A stretch of DNA of 64,000 nt. Origin: Bdellovibrionota bacterium (GTDB lineage Bacteria > Bdellovibrionota_C > UBA2361 > CAKMMH01). Made by a program: the position numbers and the translations under genes. Positions 31,276 to 42,614 of this stretch are shown in pieces (positions within the stretch are counted from its first letter, which is position 1; every line of letters begins with the position of its first letter). The notes below the pieces were generated by a model. That model was not told the origin of the DNA, searched no databases, and saw only the letters and a program-made list of their open reading frames with translations. The stretch covers positions 196,970-260,969 of the forward strand of contig JBMNLI010000017.1 of NCBI GenBank assembly GCA_050952645.1, read 5' to 3'.

Positions 31276-31675
31276 ATATATCTAAATATGCTATGCAAAG
31301 CTTTTTAGTGGTAAAAAAACAAGAAGATAAAGGAAGATAAAAAAAGCAAAAAGGCAAGAAAACAAAAAATCTGAAGAAGAAATAAGCAGAAAACAAAAAG
31401 ACAGAAAACAAATAGATAAAAAACAAATAGATAAAAAAAGAGCGTAGGGGAAAACCTGAAGTGTCTCCCCTATTAAAGCTCTTTTTTAAGCTAGCGCATT
31501 TAGTTTTTCTTTTACGCTAGGGGTCTATTGTTTAAAAACCATTTTGCTAGTTCATAGTTGCTTGTGATTTTTAGTTTGCAAATTTTAACAAGCTGTAAAT
31601 AAAGATAGAGTGCATTAAAAACTCTATTTTGCAGCATCTTTTTTACTTCAAGCTTTATTAGTTTTTTTAAAGCTT

Positions 31676-32353
31676 TTAGTAAAACTGTATGCCGTCAATG
31701 GTGATTTCGCATACTAGAACTATTCCATTACCTTTTTTATTAAGCTTATCTTTAAGCGTGCTCAAAATCGCTTCTTGCTCTGCGAGAACATCTTTAGCGT
31801 CGTAGTTTTGGAAAACCTCACTAACTAAAGGCTCTAAAGTAGTCTGCAAGTAGTTGTTGATAAGAGTGTTTTTCTTATTTGACTTTGCTTGTTTAGAGTT
31901 AAGTTTAGGGTAAAGTTTAGATGGGTCTTCCGTCAAAATTTCATAATTTACCAAGAAATTAGCACCGACGTCACTTCCATCTTTAGTTTTAATATTAAAA
32001 CTTTTTCTAGCCATTCCTTGCCTATCTTGACGCATCACCCTTTCCCATGGCTTTCTAGGCTTTGGCTCTTTGTACCAAATGTTTGAAACGATGCCACCCT
32101 TAGCGATTACTACTCCATACCTATTACTCTCTAATGGGTCAATGTAAAAAGTAGAAGTGACGTTTAAGAAAACACCCACGATATACAAAACGAGAATTGC
32201 TTTTAACAATACGATGACAGGTTCTTTTGTGTGAAACAGGCGAACAGAATCTAGCTTTTTAAAAAAAGAGATAGCTAGTAATCCTAAAGCCACTACGGCA
32301 TATATTGTGCAAATGGTAAAAATCATTGTTATTTTCCCCTTTCTATCAAGCAA
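31676..32353 (-). CDS. Membrane protein with SPFH/band-7-like domain
   Basis: N-terminal TMs; NIKTKDGSDVGANFLVNYEILTEDPSKLY resembles the SPFH core. Confidence 0.45.
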   Translation of the reverse strand: MLDRKGKITMIFTICTIYAVVALGLLAISFFKKLDSVRLFHTKEPVIVLLKAILVLYIVGVFLNVTSTFYIDPLESNRYGVVIAKGGIVSNIWYKEPKPRKPWERVMRQDRQGMARKSFNIKTKDGSDVGANFLVNYEILTEDPSKLYPKLNSKQAKSNKKNTLINNYLQTTLEPLVSEVFQNYDAKDVLAEQEAILSTLKDKLNKKGNGIVLVCEITIDGIQFY

Positions 32354-32612
32354 AATATTTTCGCCTTAAAAAGAGTTATTGAAATTTAGAACTTGCTTTT
32401 AAAATCACAAACGCTTGTGTATTATAACAAGTTAAACAAAAAAACCGTCTTATTACTTTATTTTTTACTATTTATCTTCTACCCTTTCTTATTTCATAAA
32501 AAAAGCTCTAAGACGAGAGTGAATTTAGCCTAACTTAAGTTCTTACTCAACTTTTTTTCTAGCAAAGCTCGTCTCCTCTAATGCTTTAGCTCCGTAGTAT
32601 TAAAAACTAGCC

Positions 32613-33584
32613 TTAAACTACTTTCTCTAAAAACTCTAAGAACTCTTTGTAAGTATTTATATTCATGGCTTTTACTCTAAGGTCGCTTGCTCCATCAAAG
32701 CCTGAAAAATAAGTTTTATAAAATCTTTTCATTACTCTAAAATCTTTTTCTTCTTGCCAAAAATCATTAAACATTTTTCCATGTTTTTTTAAAATTTCCA
32801 CCTTGTCTTTTAATGGCATCTTTAAAAAATAATCCTTAGGAACATTCTTAAAAATATACGGATTAGTAATCGCTCCACGCCCTATCATAATTCCATCTAC
32901 CTTAGAATATTCTTGTTTTTTAATACCATCTTCAAAAGATACGACATCGCCATTTCCAATTATTACTATATCTTTATTTATAATATTTTTTAGCTCTACA
33001 AACTTTTTTATTTCATCCCAATTAGCTTTACTAGCAAACGTTGAACGAACAGTTCTTCCGTGAATGGTTATAGCATTTGGATTTAATAAAAACAAAAACT
33101 CTCCCCATTTTTCGGTATCATACTTTCTATAACCTAATCTTGTTTTTATACTTATTGGTAAAACATCTTTTACCGCTTCCTTAGTAGCTAAAAAAATTTC
33201 TTTTACTAAAGTAGGATTATTGACTAACGCACCACAAGCATTATTTTTTAATACTTTAGGAACTGAACAACCTATATTGATATCTATTCCATCGAAACCT
33301 AACTCTAAAACATCTTTAGCTACTTTATAATAATTCAAAGGATTATTTCCCCAAAGCTGCGCTACTATCGGCTTTTCCTGTTTTTTATATTTAAGCCTAT
33401 GAATCACCCCATCTTTTCCTCTCGAGCAAAGCCCATCAGTATTTACAAACTCAGTAAAAAGCACATCTGGGCACGAAAGCTCCTTTACTAAATTTCTAAA
33501 CACCGTATCCGTTACGCTCTCCATGGGGGCTAGCGCAAAAAATGGCACTTTTAAATCTTTCCAAAAGTTTTTTTTACTATTCAT
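32613..33584 (-). CDS. dus: tRNA-dihydrouridine synthase
   Basis: FALAPMESVTD... TIM-barrel Dus signature; 323 aa. Confidence 0.85.
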   Translation of the reverse strand: MNSKKNFWKDLKVPFFALAPMESVTDTVFRNLVKELSCPDVLFTEFVNTDGLCSRGKDGVIHRLKYKKQEKPIVAQLWGNNPLNYYKVAKDVLELGFDGIDINIGCSVPKVLKNNACGALVNNPTLVKEIFLATKEAVKDVLPISIKTRLGYRKYDTEKWGEFLFLLNPNAITIHGRTVRSTFASKANWDEIKKFVELKNIINKDIVIIGNGDVVSFEDGIKKQEYSKVDGIMIGRGAITNPYIFKNVPKDYFLKMPLKDKVEILKKHGKMFNDFWQEEKDFRVMKRFYKTYFSGFDGASDLRVKAMNINTYKEFLEFLEKVV

Positions 33585-33975
33585 ATTTAAGTTAATTGTT
33601 TAAGTTAATTATCAAGACTAATTATCTATACTAAATTATCTATATTATTATTAACAGAGCAAATTATTAAAAATATACTATCAATAAGCATTGCTTATGC
33701 GCTACTAACAAAAATTAGTTCTTCACGTTTTAAGTGGGGTAGGAAAAAAATTGTTTCTTTAATTAGCTTAAAAGAAAATTGGCTTTGATAGAAAACTAGC
33801 TATAAATTAAAAAAAAATGACAACTATATTAAAAGTCAATTTTCTTTTGGCCCCCGTGGTGAGTGATACTAATCTTTTAGAGTTTAAAATCACTTTGAAA
33901 CGTGAGGAACGTTTTTAGTTCTTCACGTTTTAAGTGCGGTGGAAAAAAATGTTTCTTTACTACGTTTAAATTTTT

Positions 33976-36575
33976 CTACCTTAAATCTTTTGCAATATTT
34001 TCTAGTAGTGGCGGTCTTAATAAAATATTTCTTGCTTCTAACGCCTGCGCGGCAAGAGATGGGAACACTCCTTCAAGTCTAGATATTTGATTTAAATGAT
34101 CGGCGGTTTGAGAAATAAGTCTTGAAGCATCCCCTTCAGCTACTCCTGCAAGCCTAAGTATCGATGCAAACGATGACCAATCTTGCGAATCCATCCAAGT
34201 AGTTACAGTAATAGCAGCAGACGGCTGCACTACTACCTCATCTCTATTCTTATTTTCATACGCTAATTTTACGTACTCTACAATTCTCGTCATCTCATCA
34301 AAATACTGTTTCTTTATAAGATTCTTTTTAATATTTATATACGACCTATAAGAATCTCCAGCAATGCTAGCTACAAGCCCGACTAGTTCATAAGCATCTA
34401 AATCTTCAAAAAGTCCACTATCGATAGCCTCAGCGAGTTCTAAAACCAAACTCGTGCAAAGTTCTGCCGCCCAATGTCCTTTAGGAGTTAATTTTTTATC
34501 TTTTATATGTCCTAAACTTTCTAGAACTCTAACCGTATTTTCTAATTGTAAAGATTGCCTATTTTTTAGGAGTTCCACTTCTCTTTGTCTTCTATTTATC
34601 TTCTTTCTAAATTTTTTAGCAACTTCAGTTTGAAGTGTATCTTTCTTTTCTTCATACTCTCTTTGTAATTCCTTTAGCTCCTCTTGAAGTTTGCTAGCTT
34701 CTTTTCTATCTAGAAAACCAGCAAAACTTTTTTCTACTAAAAATCTTAAATCTTCAACGGAACGAAATTTTAATAGATTAAGAACCGTTGATGGTGCTGC
34801 AAAATAAGCAGACCTTAAAGGCTCTACGGGTTTTTTTATAATATCACTTACCACTCTTGCATCTGAAAAAAGCCCTGGCGCTACTAAACAAATTCCCACC
34901 GAATCTTTTCCACGTCTTCCAGCTCGACCAGACATTTGCTGAAACTCAGACGAGGTTAAAATTTTAAATCCATCTGCCCCTCTTTTGCTATGAGCAGTAA
35001 TCACAGTCGTTCTTGCAGGAAAATCTACCCCTGCTGCCACAGTGCCAGTTGCTATCATAAGCCTAAGAACTCCTCTTACCATAAGTTCTTCTAAGAGCAA
35101 TCTCCAAAGCAAAAGTTGCCCAGCGTGATGCGCCCCAGCCCCAGTTTTTATTAGTGCTTCATATTGAAGATGCCCAAAGATAACCTCTCTTTCCATGGAA
35201 TATTTTTCAACAATCTTTTCAACCTCTGCTTTCAGCACTTCTTGTTCGTCTAGCGGAAGTTCAGCGCTAGGTCTTATTGAAAGTTTTTCTATATCATCAT
35301 CACACTGTCTTCTCGATGTTCTAAATAATAATGCTGGAAGTAAATTGTCTTTTTTTAATTGCATCAACATTGTATATACTGGATATTCACTTATCATTTT
35401 ACTAATTTCACCTTTTTTTATATTGCTATTATATTACTTTATATATTACTTTAATTTATTTTTTAATTTATTCTCTACATTTTAAGATAGTTAAAACTAT
35501 CTAACACATACATTTTCCCATATGCATAAAGCGTTAAAAACCCTAAAAGTTTACCTTTAGCGTCCTTTTATACGGCTCTTTCTCTGTTTTCCGCTTTGCG
35601 TTCCTTTTCCTTTAAAATTACTTTTAGTTCTTCTAGATGTTTTTCCTTTTCTTCGCCACCCCTCATCTCCTTTATAAGCCTTTCTAAATGAGATTCTCGT
35701 AAACTTCATTCCACTAGAATCAAGTCCTGCCTTGCCATAATAATCTAAAACATCCTTACAAACATTTCCCTTTTTATCATTTAAAGGTATAGGGCCAAAA
35801 TCAGGATGTAAAAACCCATATCTTAACTCTACAGGTCTATCATACTTATAAACTACATTACACTCTTTGCCTCTAACCTCTTTTAACCAAGCGGCTATCT
35901 CATCTGCATTTGAAATCGATGCAGAAAGCATTAAAAGCGCCGCTTCTTTTGCACTCAAAATTATACTCTCTTCCCAAACGGCACCTCTTTGAGGGTCTGC
36001 AATATAATGAACTTCATCAAAAACTACTAAAGAATATCTTTCTTCGACTTTATATAACTCATTTCTATAAATTTCAGTCGTTGCGATTAAAATATTTGCA
36101 TCAGTATCTATTTTTCTATCGCCAGTTAAAATACCTACTTTAAATTTAGGCTCAAATATTTTTTAAACTCATTATATTTAGTATTAGAAAGTGCCTTTAA
36201 AGGCGTCGTGTAAATAGAACGCCCTCCTTGTTCGGCATTAGCTTTTATCGCCTCTAGAGCGATAAAAGTTTTTCCTGCTCCCGTCGGGGCTACTACGAGC
36301 GTATCATTTCCAAGGACTACGGATTCTATGGCTTCTTTTTGAAAATCATCTATAACAAATTCCGTATTTTCAGGAACTCCTATACCAGATAAAAACTCTT
36401 TTTTCTCTTTACTTATCCTTACCCCTCTACTATCACCACCATTACTATTGCTACTTCTCTTCTCGATACTGTTCTTATTGCCGTTCTTATTACCATTCTT
36501 ATTATTGTCATTATTCTTTTCCTTATTATTATCCTTATTCCTATTATTTTTTTTATTATTATTTTTATAACTCAT
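33976..36575 (-). pseudogene. Ski2-like/DEAD-DEAH superfamily-2 helicase broken into 3 or more ORFs (36135..36575 N-term motif I; 35557..35958 motif III; 33976..35397 motifs IV-VI) with an ORF-free gap at 35398..35556
   Basis: PTGAGKT (motif I), DEVH (motif II) encoded in a different frame between 35958 and 36135, SAS (motif III), QMSGRAGRRG (motif VI); multiple frame changes. Confidence 0.7.
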
Positions 36576-36789
36576 ATAAAATTTCCTTAAATCTTTTTTA
36601 AAAACTAACCTTTCTTTTAATTTATTTTATTTAAAATTTATTTTTTAAAACTTTAAAGCTCTTAATATTTTAATCTAATCTTAATTTAGAGAGCAAAAAT
36701 TCTCTTTAGTATTTACACAACCGCTCTTTAAATCCTTTAAAAAAATATCACCTTTAGACATACCTTAAAACGTCAAAGAACCTAAAAAT

Positions 36790-37073
36790 TAGCTCTTCAC
36801 GTTTTAAGTGGGTTAAAGTCTATCTTCTAATAAATTGACAAAACTATTTTGTTCTTCACTTTTAAAGGTGATTTAAGACCTTAAAATTAGTATCACTCAC
36901 CTCACGAAGCCCAAAAGAAAATTGACTTTAAAGGAATTGGCATAAAATAAATTAACTTTAAATATAGCTGTAATTTTTTTTTTGAAACTATAGTTAGTTT
37001 TATATAAAAGTCAATTTTCTTTTAAGCTAACCTAAAAAACAATTTTTCTAACCCACTTAAAACGTCAAAGAAC
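36790..37073. repeat. MITE-like element, subfamily 2 (284 bp), uninterrupted; contains the intact intron target CACGAAGCCCAAAAG
   Basis: TIRs GCTCTTCACGTTTTAAGTGGGTT / AACCCACTTAAAACGTCAAAGAACC; copy at 48078..48302. Confidence 0.8.
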
Positions 37074-37200
37074 CTAAAAATTAGCTCTTCACATTTTAAG
37101 TGGGTTAAAGTCTATCTTCTAATAAATTGACAAAACTATTTTGTTCTTCACTTTTAAAGGTGATTTAAGACCTTAAAATTAGTATCACTCACCCCACGAA

Positions 37201-39097
37201 ATAGGGTAGAGCGAGGGCTATACCCTCTCCCTCCCGTCGCACCGTACGTACGGGTCTCGTATACGGCGCTCCATTAATATAATATCAAGTAATACTCAGG
37301 TAATACGTCAAAGGGTCGATTAAACCAATTCGTTCCTTTGTTTTACGCCCCAATATTTTAGGGCTTAATGCATAATTCACTACGTACCACGAACTGCGTC
37401 TATACCAGCCGAGTCTGCTGTTAGCAACCTTATAGATTTCTTCATTTCTAAAATTGCAACCAAGCATTCGGTTCAATTTCTTAAGATTTAGATAGATTCG
37501 TCTCGGCAATTTCCACTGTTTAAGTATTATAACCCTCACTTTGTGTCTAAGCCATTGACCATATTTATCTATAAAAGTCTTAAGAGTTCCTATCTTATAA
37601 TAGTTTATCCAACCTTTAATTAACCAGCTTAGCTGTTGAAATGTCGAACCTAACGTTCGTGCCATTGCCTTCCGTCTACAAAGAATTTCTCTAGTTTTAT
37701 CATAGAGTTTTCGTTTGCGATCTTCAGCAGGTTTACATTTCCAAGTTTTATACCCACTCTTCCAGTAGGTAAAGCCTAAGAAAGTGCTTTCCGTCGGCCT
37801 AGAGATTTTACTCTTACTTGAATTAATTTTAAGTCGTAGCTTACGCTCCAACCAACTCGCAACGGACTTCATTACTCTATTAGCAGCCTTTTCACTTCTA
37901 ACAAATATATTACAGTCATCGGCATATCTAACAAACTTAAGTCCTCTTGCTTCCAGTTCCTTGTCGAGTCTTATCAAGGTATATGTTAGATAATACTGGG
38001 GATAATGGACCTCCTTGCGGAACTCCTTTCTCACTTACAGTAAACAATCCATCTTCCATTATACCAGCTCTTAAGAACTGTCTTATCAATCGTAGTGTCT
38101 TCGCATCTTTGATGCGTTCCCTGATTATCGAAATTAATTTGTCGTGATTAACAGTATCAAAATATTTCTCTATGTCTAGGTCTATAACCCAATCATAGCC
38201 TCTTTTCAAGTACTCAAGAGTTCTATATACTGCTAGATGGCAATTCCTTCTAGGTCTAAAGCCATAGCTACTATTACTAAAATACTTTTCGTATCCGCGT
38301 GCTAGTATTTGCGCTACCGCTTGTTGAATTACCCTATCTACTACTGTAGGTATTCCTAAAGGTCTCATCTTACCATTAGCTTTAGGTATATACACTCTCT
38401 TAACTGGACTCGGCTTATAATTCCCTTCACGTATCTGAGATTTTATCTCTTCTCTGTGAACGGCAAAATAGTCTTCAAGCTCATCTACTGGCATATCATC
38501 TACACCAGATGCACCTTTATTTCGCTTAAACAGCCTTTATAGCCTCATCTATATTTTTGTCTGATATAATTAGTTCAATCAATTCCACCTGTTGCTCCTC
38601 CCTCTGTTTGTAAAGCTACTAGAAAACACCCCCTCTATCTTCTGCCCCCACAGGTTACGTTCCTGTTTGTTAGGCATATCCTTCAATTTCGGACTCTTCT
38701 AGCCTTGCTTACAGTGATTCACAATATATTAACGTTCAACCCTTCCTTGAGTGGTGTCTCAAGTACTATGGTATCAACTGACTTCCAGATATAAGCTTTA
38801 TATCGCACGTGCATAGCACGCTATCTGGACCTCCCGGGGTAAGGCATAGTTCTTTCACCAGACAACCTCCAGATTTACTCGTTTGGTTTTACGTTTGTCT
38901 TTAGGGCTTCGGTTTGTAGCGCAACCTCACCCACCATTTAGCCTTGTATCTGGTTTCTGTTCGTAGGCTCCTTGGTTTTGATCCGCCACTTCCTTCACTC
39001 TAACATTACTGCTTCGAGCTTGTGGCATCACTACACTTGGTGACAACTACCCGTGACGGGACTTTCACCCGCTAGAACTATGTCGTGCCCGGCACAC
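37201..39097 (-). mobile_element. Bacterial group II intron (about 1.9 kb) with 5' GUGUG and 3' ...CUACCCUAU boundaries, no En domain; inserted into a MITE
   Basis: Boundaries defined by alignment with the uninterrupted MITE copies; RT/maturase ORF inside. Confidence 0.8.
37285..38494 (-). CDS. Group II intron-encoded reverse transcriptase/maturase, split into two ORFs by a +1 base in an AA run near 37985
   Basis: RT domains (RPLGIPTVVDRV, GVPQGGPLSPVLSNIYLD | RLDKELEARG, YADDCNIF) and maturase domain X. Removing one A restores ...NIYLDRLDKELEARG... Confidence 0.8.
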
Positions 39098-39270
39098 GCC
39101 CAAAAGAAAATTGACTTTAAAGGAATTTGCATAAAATAAATTAACTTTAAATATAGCTGTAATTTTTTTTTTGAAACTATAGTTAGTTTTATATAAAAGT
39201 CAATTTTCTTTTAAGCTAACCTAAAAAAACAATTTTCTAACCCACTTAAAACGTCAAAGAACCTAAAAAT

Positions 39271-39990
39271 TTAAATATTATATCTACAAGATATAAAATA
39301 TCTTAACTCTTTATTACTAATATTTTTTATGTTTTCTTTTTTATCATCATAAATAAGCACACCATCATTTAAAGCTAATAGATGACTAACAACTGGAAAA
39401 AGTCGCCTTAAATCGTGGCTTACTATAATCATCGTTAAGTTATATTCTTTTTGTAAATTAGATATTAACTCCATAATTACTGCGCTAGCTACTGGGTCTA
39501 GCCCACTAGTAGGGTCATCTAACAAAACTACGCTTGGGGTAGACACTAGCGCTCTTGCTAGAGATACTCTTTTTCGCATACCACCGCTAAGCTGTCCTGG
39601 CATTTTTAAATAACTATCTTTAAGCCCTACCTTATCTAGTATATCAAATATTTTGTAAGTATAATTTTTTCTTTTTTCATCACTTAAAAGCGATAAAGAG
39701 TTTCCTCTAGTAAGTGGAAAAAGAACATTATCAAAAACGTTCATCGAATCGAAAAGTGCTCCTTCTTGAAACATAAGTGAAACGTCGCTTTTATTTTTTA
39801 TACCAAGGTCGAAAGTGCCACTATCTTGCTCATATATTCCTGCAAGAACTTTTAGCAAAACGCTCTTTCCAGAAGCGGTAGGGCCTATTAACCCTGTAAT
39901 TGTGCTAGCTTTTAAACTAAATGAAACATCTTTTAGGGCTTCAACATTGCTAAATGATTTCGTTATATTATTAACTTCTATATTTTTCAT
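39271..39990 (-). CDS. ABC transporter ATP-binding protein (single NBD, MlaF/Ttg2A-like size)
   Basis: Walker A GPTASGKS, signature LSGGMRKR, Walker B LLDDPTSGLD; no permease gene adjacent. Confidence 0.8.
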   Translation of the reverse strand: MKNIEVNNITKSFSNVEALKDVSFSLKASTITGLIGPTASGKSVLLKVLAGIYEQDSGTFDLGIKNKSDVSLMFQEGALFDSMNVFDNVLFPLTRGNSLSLLSDEKRKNYTYKIFDILDKVGLKDSYLKMPGQLSGGMRKRVSLARALVSTPSVVLLDDPTSGLDPVASAVIMELISNLQKEYNLTMIIVSHDLRRLFPVVSHLLALNDGVLIYDDKKENIKNISNKELRYFISCRYNI

Positions 39991-40094
39991 ATATATATTT
40001 TTTTTTATAATTATTCTTGCTAACTATTCACGCTAATAATTCACGCTAATAATTTTTCGTAAAGAGAAAGTAATAACATTTTTAAAAAGTTTCT

Positions 40095-41327
40095 TTATAA
40101 AAATTCCTGTATTTTGCTATCTAGCTCTTCTATTGAAAATGGTTTTGCTAAAAATGCCTTTGCTCCATATTCTAACATTTTATTTACTGCATCTTGTGAA
40201 CTAAATCCACTTATTACTATAAACTTTACATCGGGTCTTATGGACATTAGGTCGATAAAGAGATCTTCCCCAGAACCATCAGGCATTAACATATCTGATA
40301 CTACAAGGTCGAACTGCCCTCTTTGTTTTTTAAATATATCGTATGCTTCTTTAACACCACTAGCTACATATACATCATACCCTAAAAACTTCAATCCATC
40401 AAAAAAAACCTCTCTAATTATCTCTTCATCATCAACAAAAAGTATTTTTCCGCTTTTTTGTTTTTTCTTTTCATTATTTTGTTTCTGATTATCTTGTTTT
40501 TCAAAATTTTCATCTTTTGCTAATGGGAGTGTTATTCTAAACGAACTTCCTTTACCCTCTTTCGATGCACATTCTAATTTTCCATTAAGACTTTTTACTA
40601 TTTCAAAAGTAGTGCATAAGCCTACGCCAGTTCCGTTATCTCCTTTAGTAGTAAAATAAGGCTTTAAAATATTTTCTTTTATCTTATTTGACATACCTAT
40701 ACCATTGTCGGTAACTGAAAATTTACAAAATTTATCATCTATCTTTTCTAGCACGATTTGTATTTTAAGATTTTCTTTATTTTGGCATTCTTTTAAAGCG
40801 TCTACTGCGTTAACTACTAAATTTATAAGAATTTGTGCCATGGATGCTTCAATAGCTTTTATATAAATATCATTTTCTAATTTAGTTTCAATTTCATAGA
40901 TAGGAGGCACCGAGGCTCTTAATAGAAAGATGGTATCTTTGAAAACATTCGTTAAATTTAAAACTTTTAGTTCATCATTTAATTTTAGCTTAGAAAAATT
41001 TAAAATTTGTTTTGTAAGCCCTGAAGCTTTTAAAATAGCATTTTCGATAGAAGAAATAGAATCTAATAGCTCACGGGCTTCGTCTAAGTTTTTCTTAGAG
41101 TTTTTTTCTTGGTTTTCTTCTTGGTTTTTTTCTCGGGTTTTTTCTCGGGTTTTTTCGGATTTTTTTTCTAGAGATCTTTTTATAAAAGATATATGCCCCA
41201 TCATTCCAGTTAAAATATTATTAAAATCATGAGCAACCCCACTAGCTAAAACGCCTAAACTTAAAAGCCTTTGATTGTGCAGTTTTTCATTCGTTTTAAG
41301 TTTATTATCATTATTTTTTTCATTCAT
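40095..41327 (-). CDS. Hybrid sensor histidine kinase (HisKA plus HATPase) with C-terminal receiver domain; contains a KTREK/NQE low-complexity insert
   Basis: VAHDFNNIL H-box, G1/G2 boxes, C-terminal KILFVDDE...DLVVSDMLMP receiver. Confidence 0.8.
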   Translation of the reverse strand: MNEKNNDNKLKTNEKLHNQRLLSLGVLASGVAHDFNNILTGMMGHISFIKRSLEKKSEKTREKTREKNQEENQEKNSKKNLDEARELLDSISSIENAILKASGLTKQILNFSKLKLNDELKVLNLTNVFKDTIFLLRASVPPIYEIETKLENDIYIKAIEASMAQILINLVVNAVDALKECQNKENLKIQIVLEKIDDKFCKFSVTDNGIGMSNKIKENILKPYFTTKGDNGTGVGLCTTFEIVKSLNGKLECASKEGKGSSFRITLPLAKDENFEKQDNQKQNNEKKKQKSGKILFVDDEEIIREVFFDGLKFLGYDVYVASGVKEAYDIFKKQRGQFDLVVSDMLMPDGSGEDLFIDLMSIRPDVKFIVISGFSSQDAVNKMLEYGAKAFLAKPFSIEELDSKIQEFL

Positions 41328-41729
41328 TATAAATATTACCTAAAAGATTGTTTAATGCCTCTTTGTAATCCGCTATAACTATTTGATATTATTAGACAAT
41401 TTATCTTTTTAAAAAAATTATCTTTTAAAATCAAGCATTTTCGGTATAAAATGCTATTTGAGTATTTTTGAAAGCATTTTTTAAGAGAATTAAAAAATTT
41501 AATTATTTACTCTAACTTATTTGATCTAATCATTAAAATAATTTTAATAATAATTTAATGATAATTCAAGGTAAGAACGATGCTTTTAAAATCACTAAAG
41601 TTTAGTATATTAAATTTTATCAAATCTTAAAATAGGAATTATAAGTCTTTAGGAGGTTTTTTGTTGACTTAAAGTTTTTTTAGGGGATGCCCTAAGGATT
41701 TCTATTTTAAATATTATGGAGTAAATTAA

Positions 41730-42032
41730 ATGGCTGATTTACAAAAGGGCATTGTAAAGTGGTTTAATGATGCTAAAGGATTTGGTTTTATACAAAGTGA
41801 GGCTGGAGAAGATGTTTTTGTTCATTATTCAGCAATAACGTCTGATGGGTTTAAAACGCTAAAAGACGGCGAAGAAGTTACTTACGAAATTGAAAAAGGC
41901 GAAAAAGGACTTCACGCTTTATGTGTAAACAGGACTAAAAAAATCGCTAAAGACAAGCTTAAAGCACCTAAAGAAAACGCTCCTAAAGAAGATGCCTTAG
42001 CCAAAACATCAAAAGAGGAGAATTTAAATTAA
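41730..42032 (+). CDS. Cold-shock protein (CspA family) with a lysine/alanine-rich C-terminal extension
   Basis: [18 protein letters not shown]1 motif; 100 aa. Confidence 0.9.
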   Translation: MADLQKGIVKWFNDAKGFGFIQSEAGEDVFVHYSAITSDGFKTLKDGEEVTYEIEKGEKGLHALCVNRTKKIAKDKLKAPKENAPKEDALAKTSKEENLN

Positions 42033-42115
42033 AGTCGATTTTCTAGTTCTTCACGTTTAAAGGGGATTAGAAAAATTGTTTTTTTAAGGCTAGTTTAAAA
42101 TCTCTTAAAAAAAAT

Positions 42116-42381
42116 GGCTCTTCACGTTTTGAGTAGGTTAGAGTCTATCTTCTAATGTAAATTGACAAAATTATTTTATGAAACTGTTGTTGTTTTATTA
42201 AAATAATAGTTAATTTTATTGGGAAAAATAAACATTAGAGTTGTTAGAAAAAGTTATCCATAACTGATAGCAAGACCTAGTAATTAAAAGCTAAAGGTCA
42301 GGCTGTGGATAACTTTCACAAAGACCCCATTAAATAGAATGGCGTTTTGTCTCTCTTAACCCACCTAAAACATGAAGAACC
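42116..42381. repeat. MITE-like element, subfamily 1 (266 bp), 3' of the csp gene
   Basis: Collinear with 13636..13910; TIRs GGCTCTTCACGTTTTGAGTAGGTT / AACCCACCTAAAACATGAAGAACC. Confidence 0.8.
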
Positions 42382-42614
42382 TCTTTTTATATAATTTTTC
42401 TTATTAAAAAGCATCCTTAATTTCCTTATATAAGCCACTTAAAATAATTTAACACTTTCAACACGTTATCATAAAAATAGGCACTTTTCAAGTATTGTAT
42501 TAGGCAGTTTTCAGGCTTTTCGTTAGGCACTTTTCAGGCGATTTGCTATGCAATTTTCAAGGCTATGCAATTTTCAAAAGGGGGGGAAACTAAAACTCAT
42601 ACGTGCCTAGGCTT

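Larger units (their letters stand above)
37082..39263. repeat. Second subfamily-2 MITE copy in direct tandem with the first, interrupted by the group II intron
   Basis: 37082..37200 plus 39098..39263 reconstitute a 285-bp element collinear with 36790..37073. Confidence 0.8.

Noticed and set aside
37201-39097. Retron or other stand-alone RT system
   Set aside because: The RT has a maturase (domain X) C-terminus and the element has exact GUGUG...AU boundaries within a known empty site, which is diagnostic of a group II intron rather than a retron or DGR.
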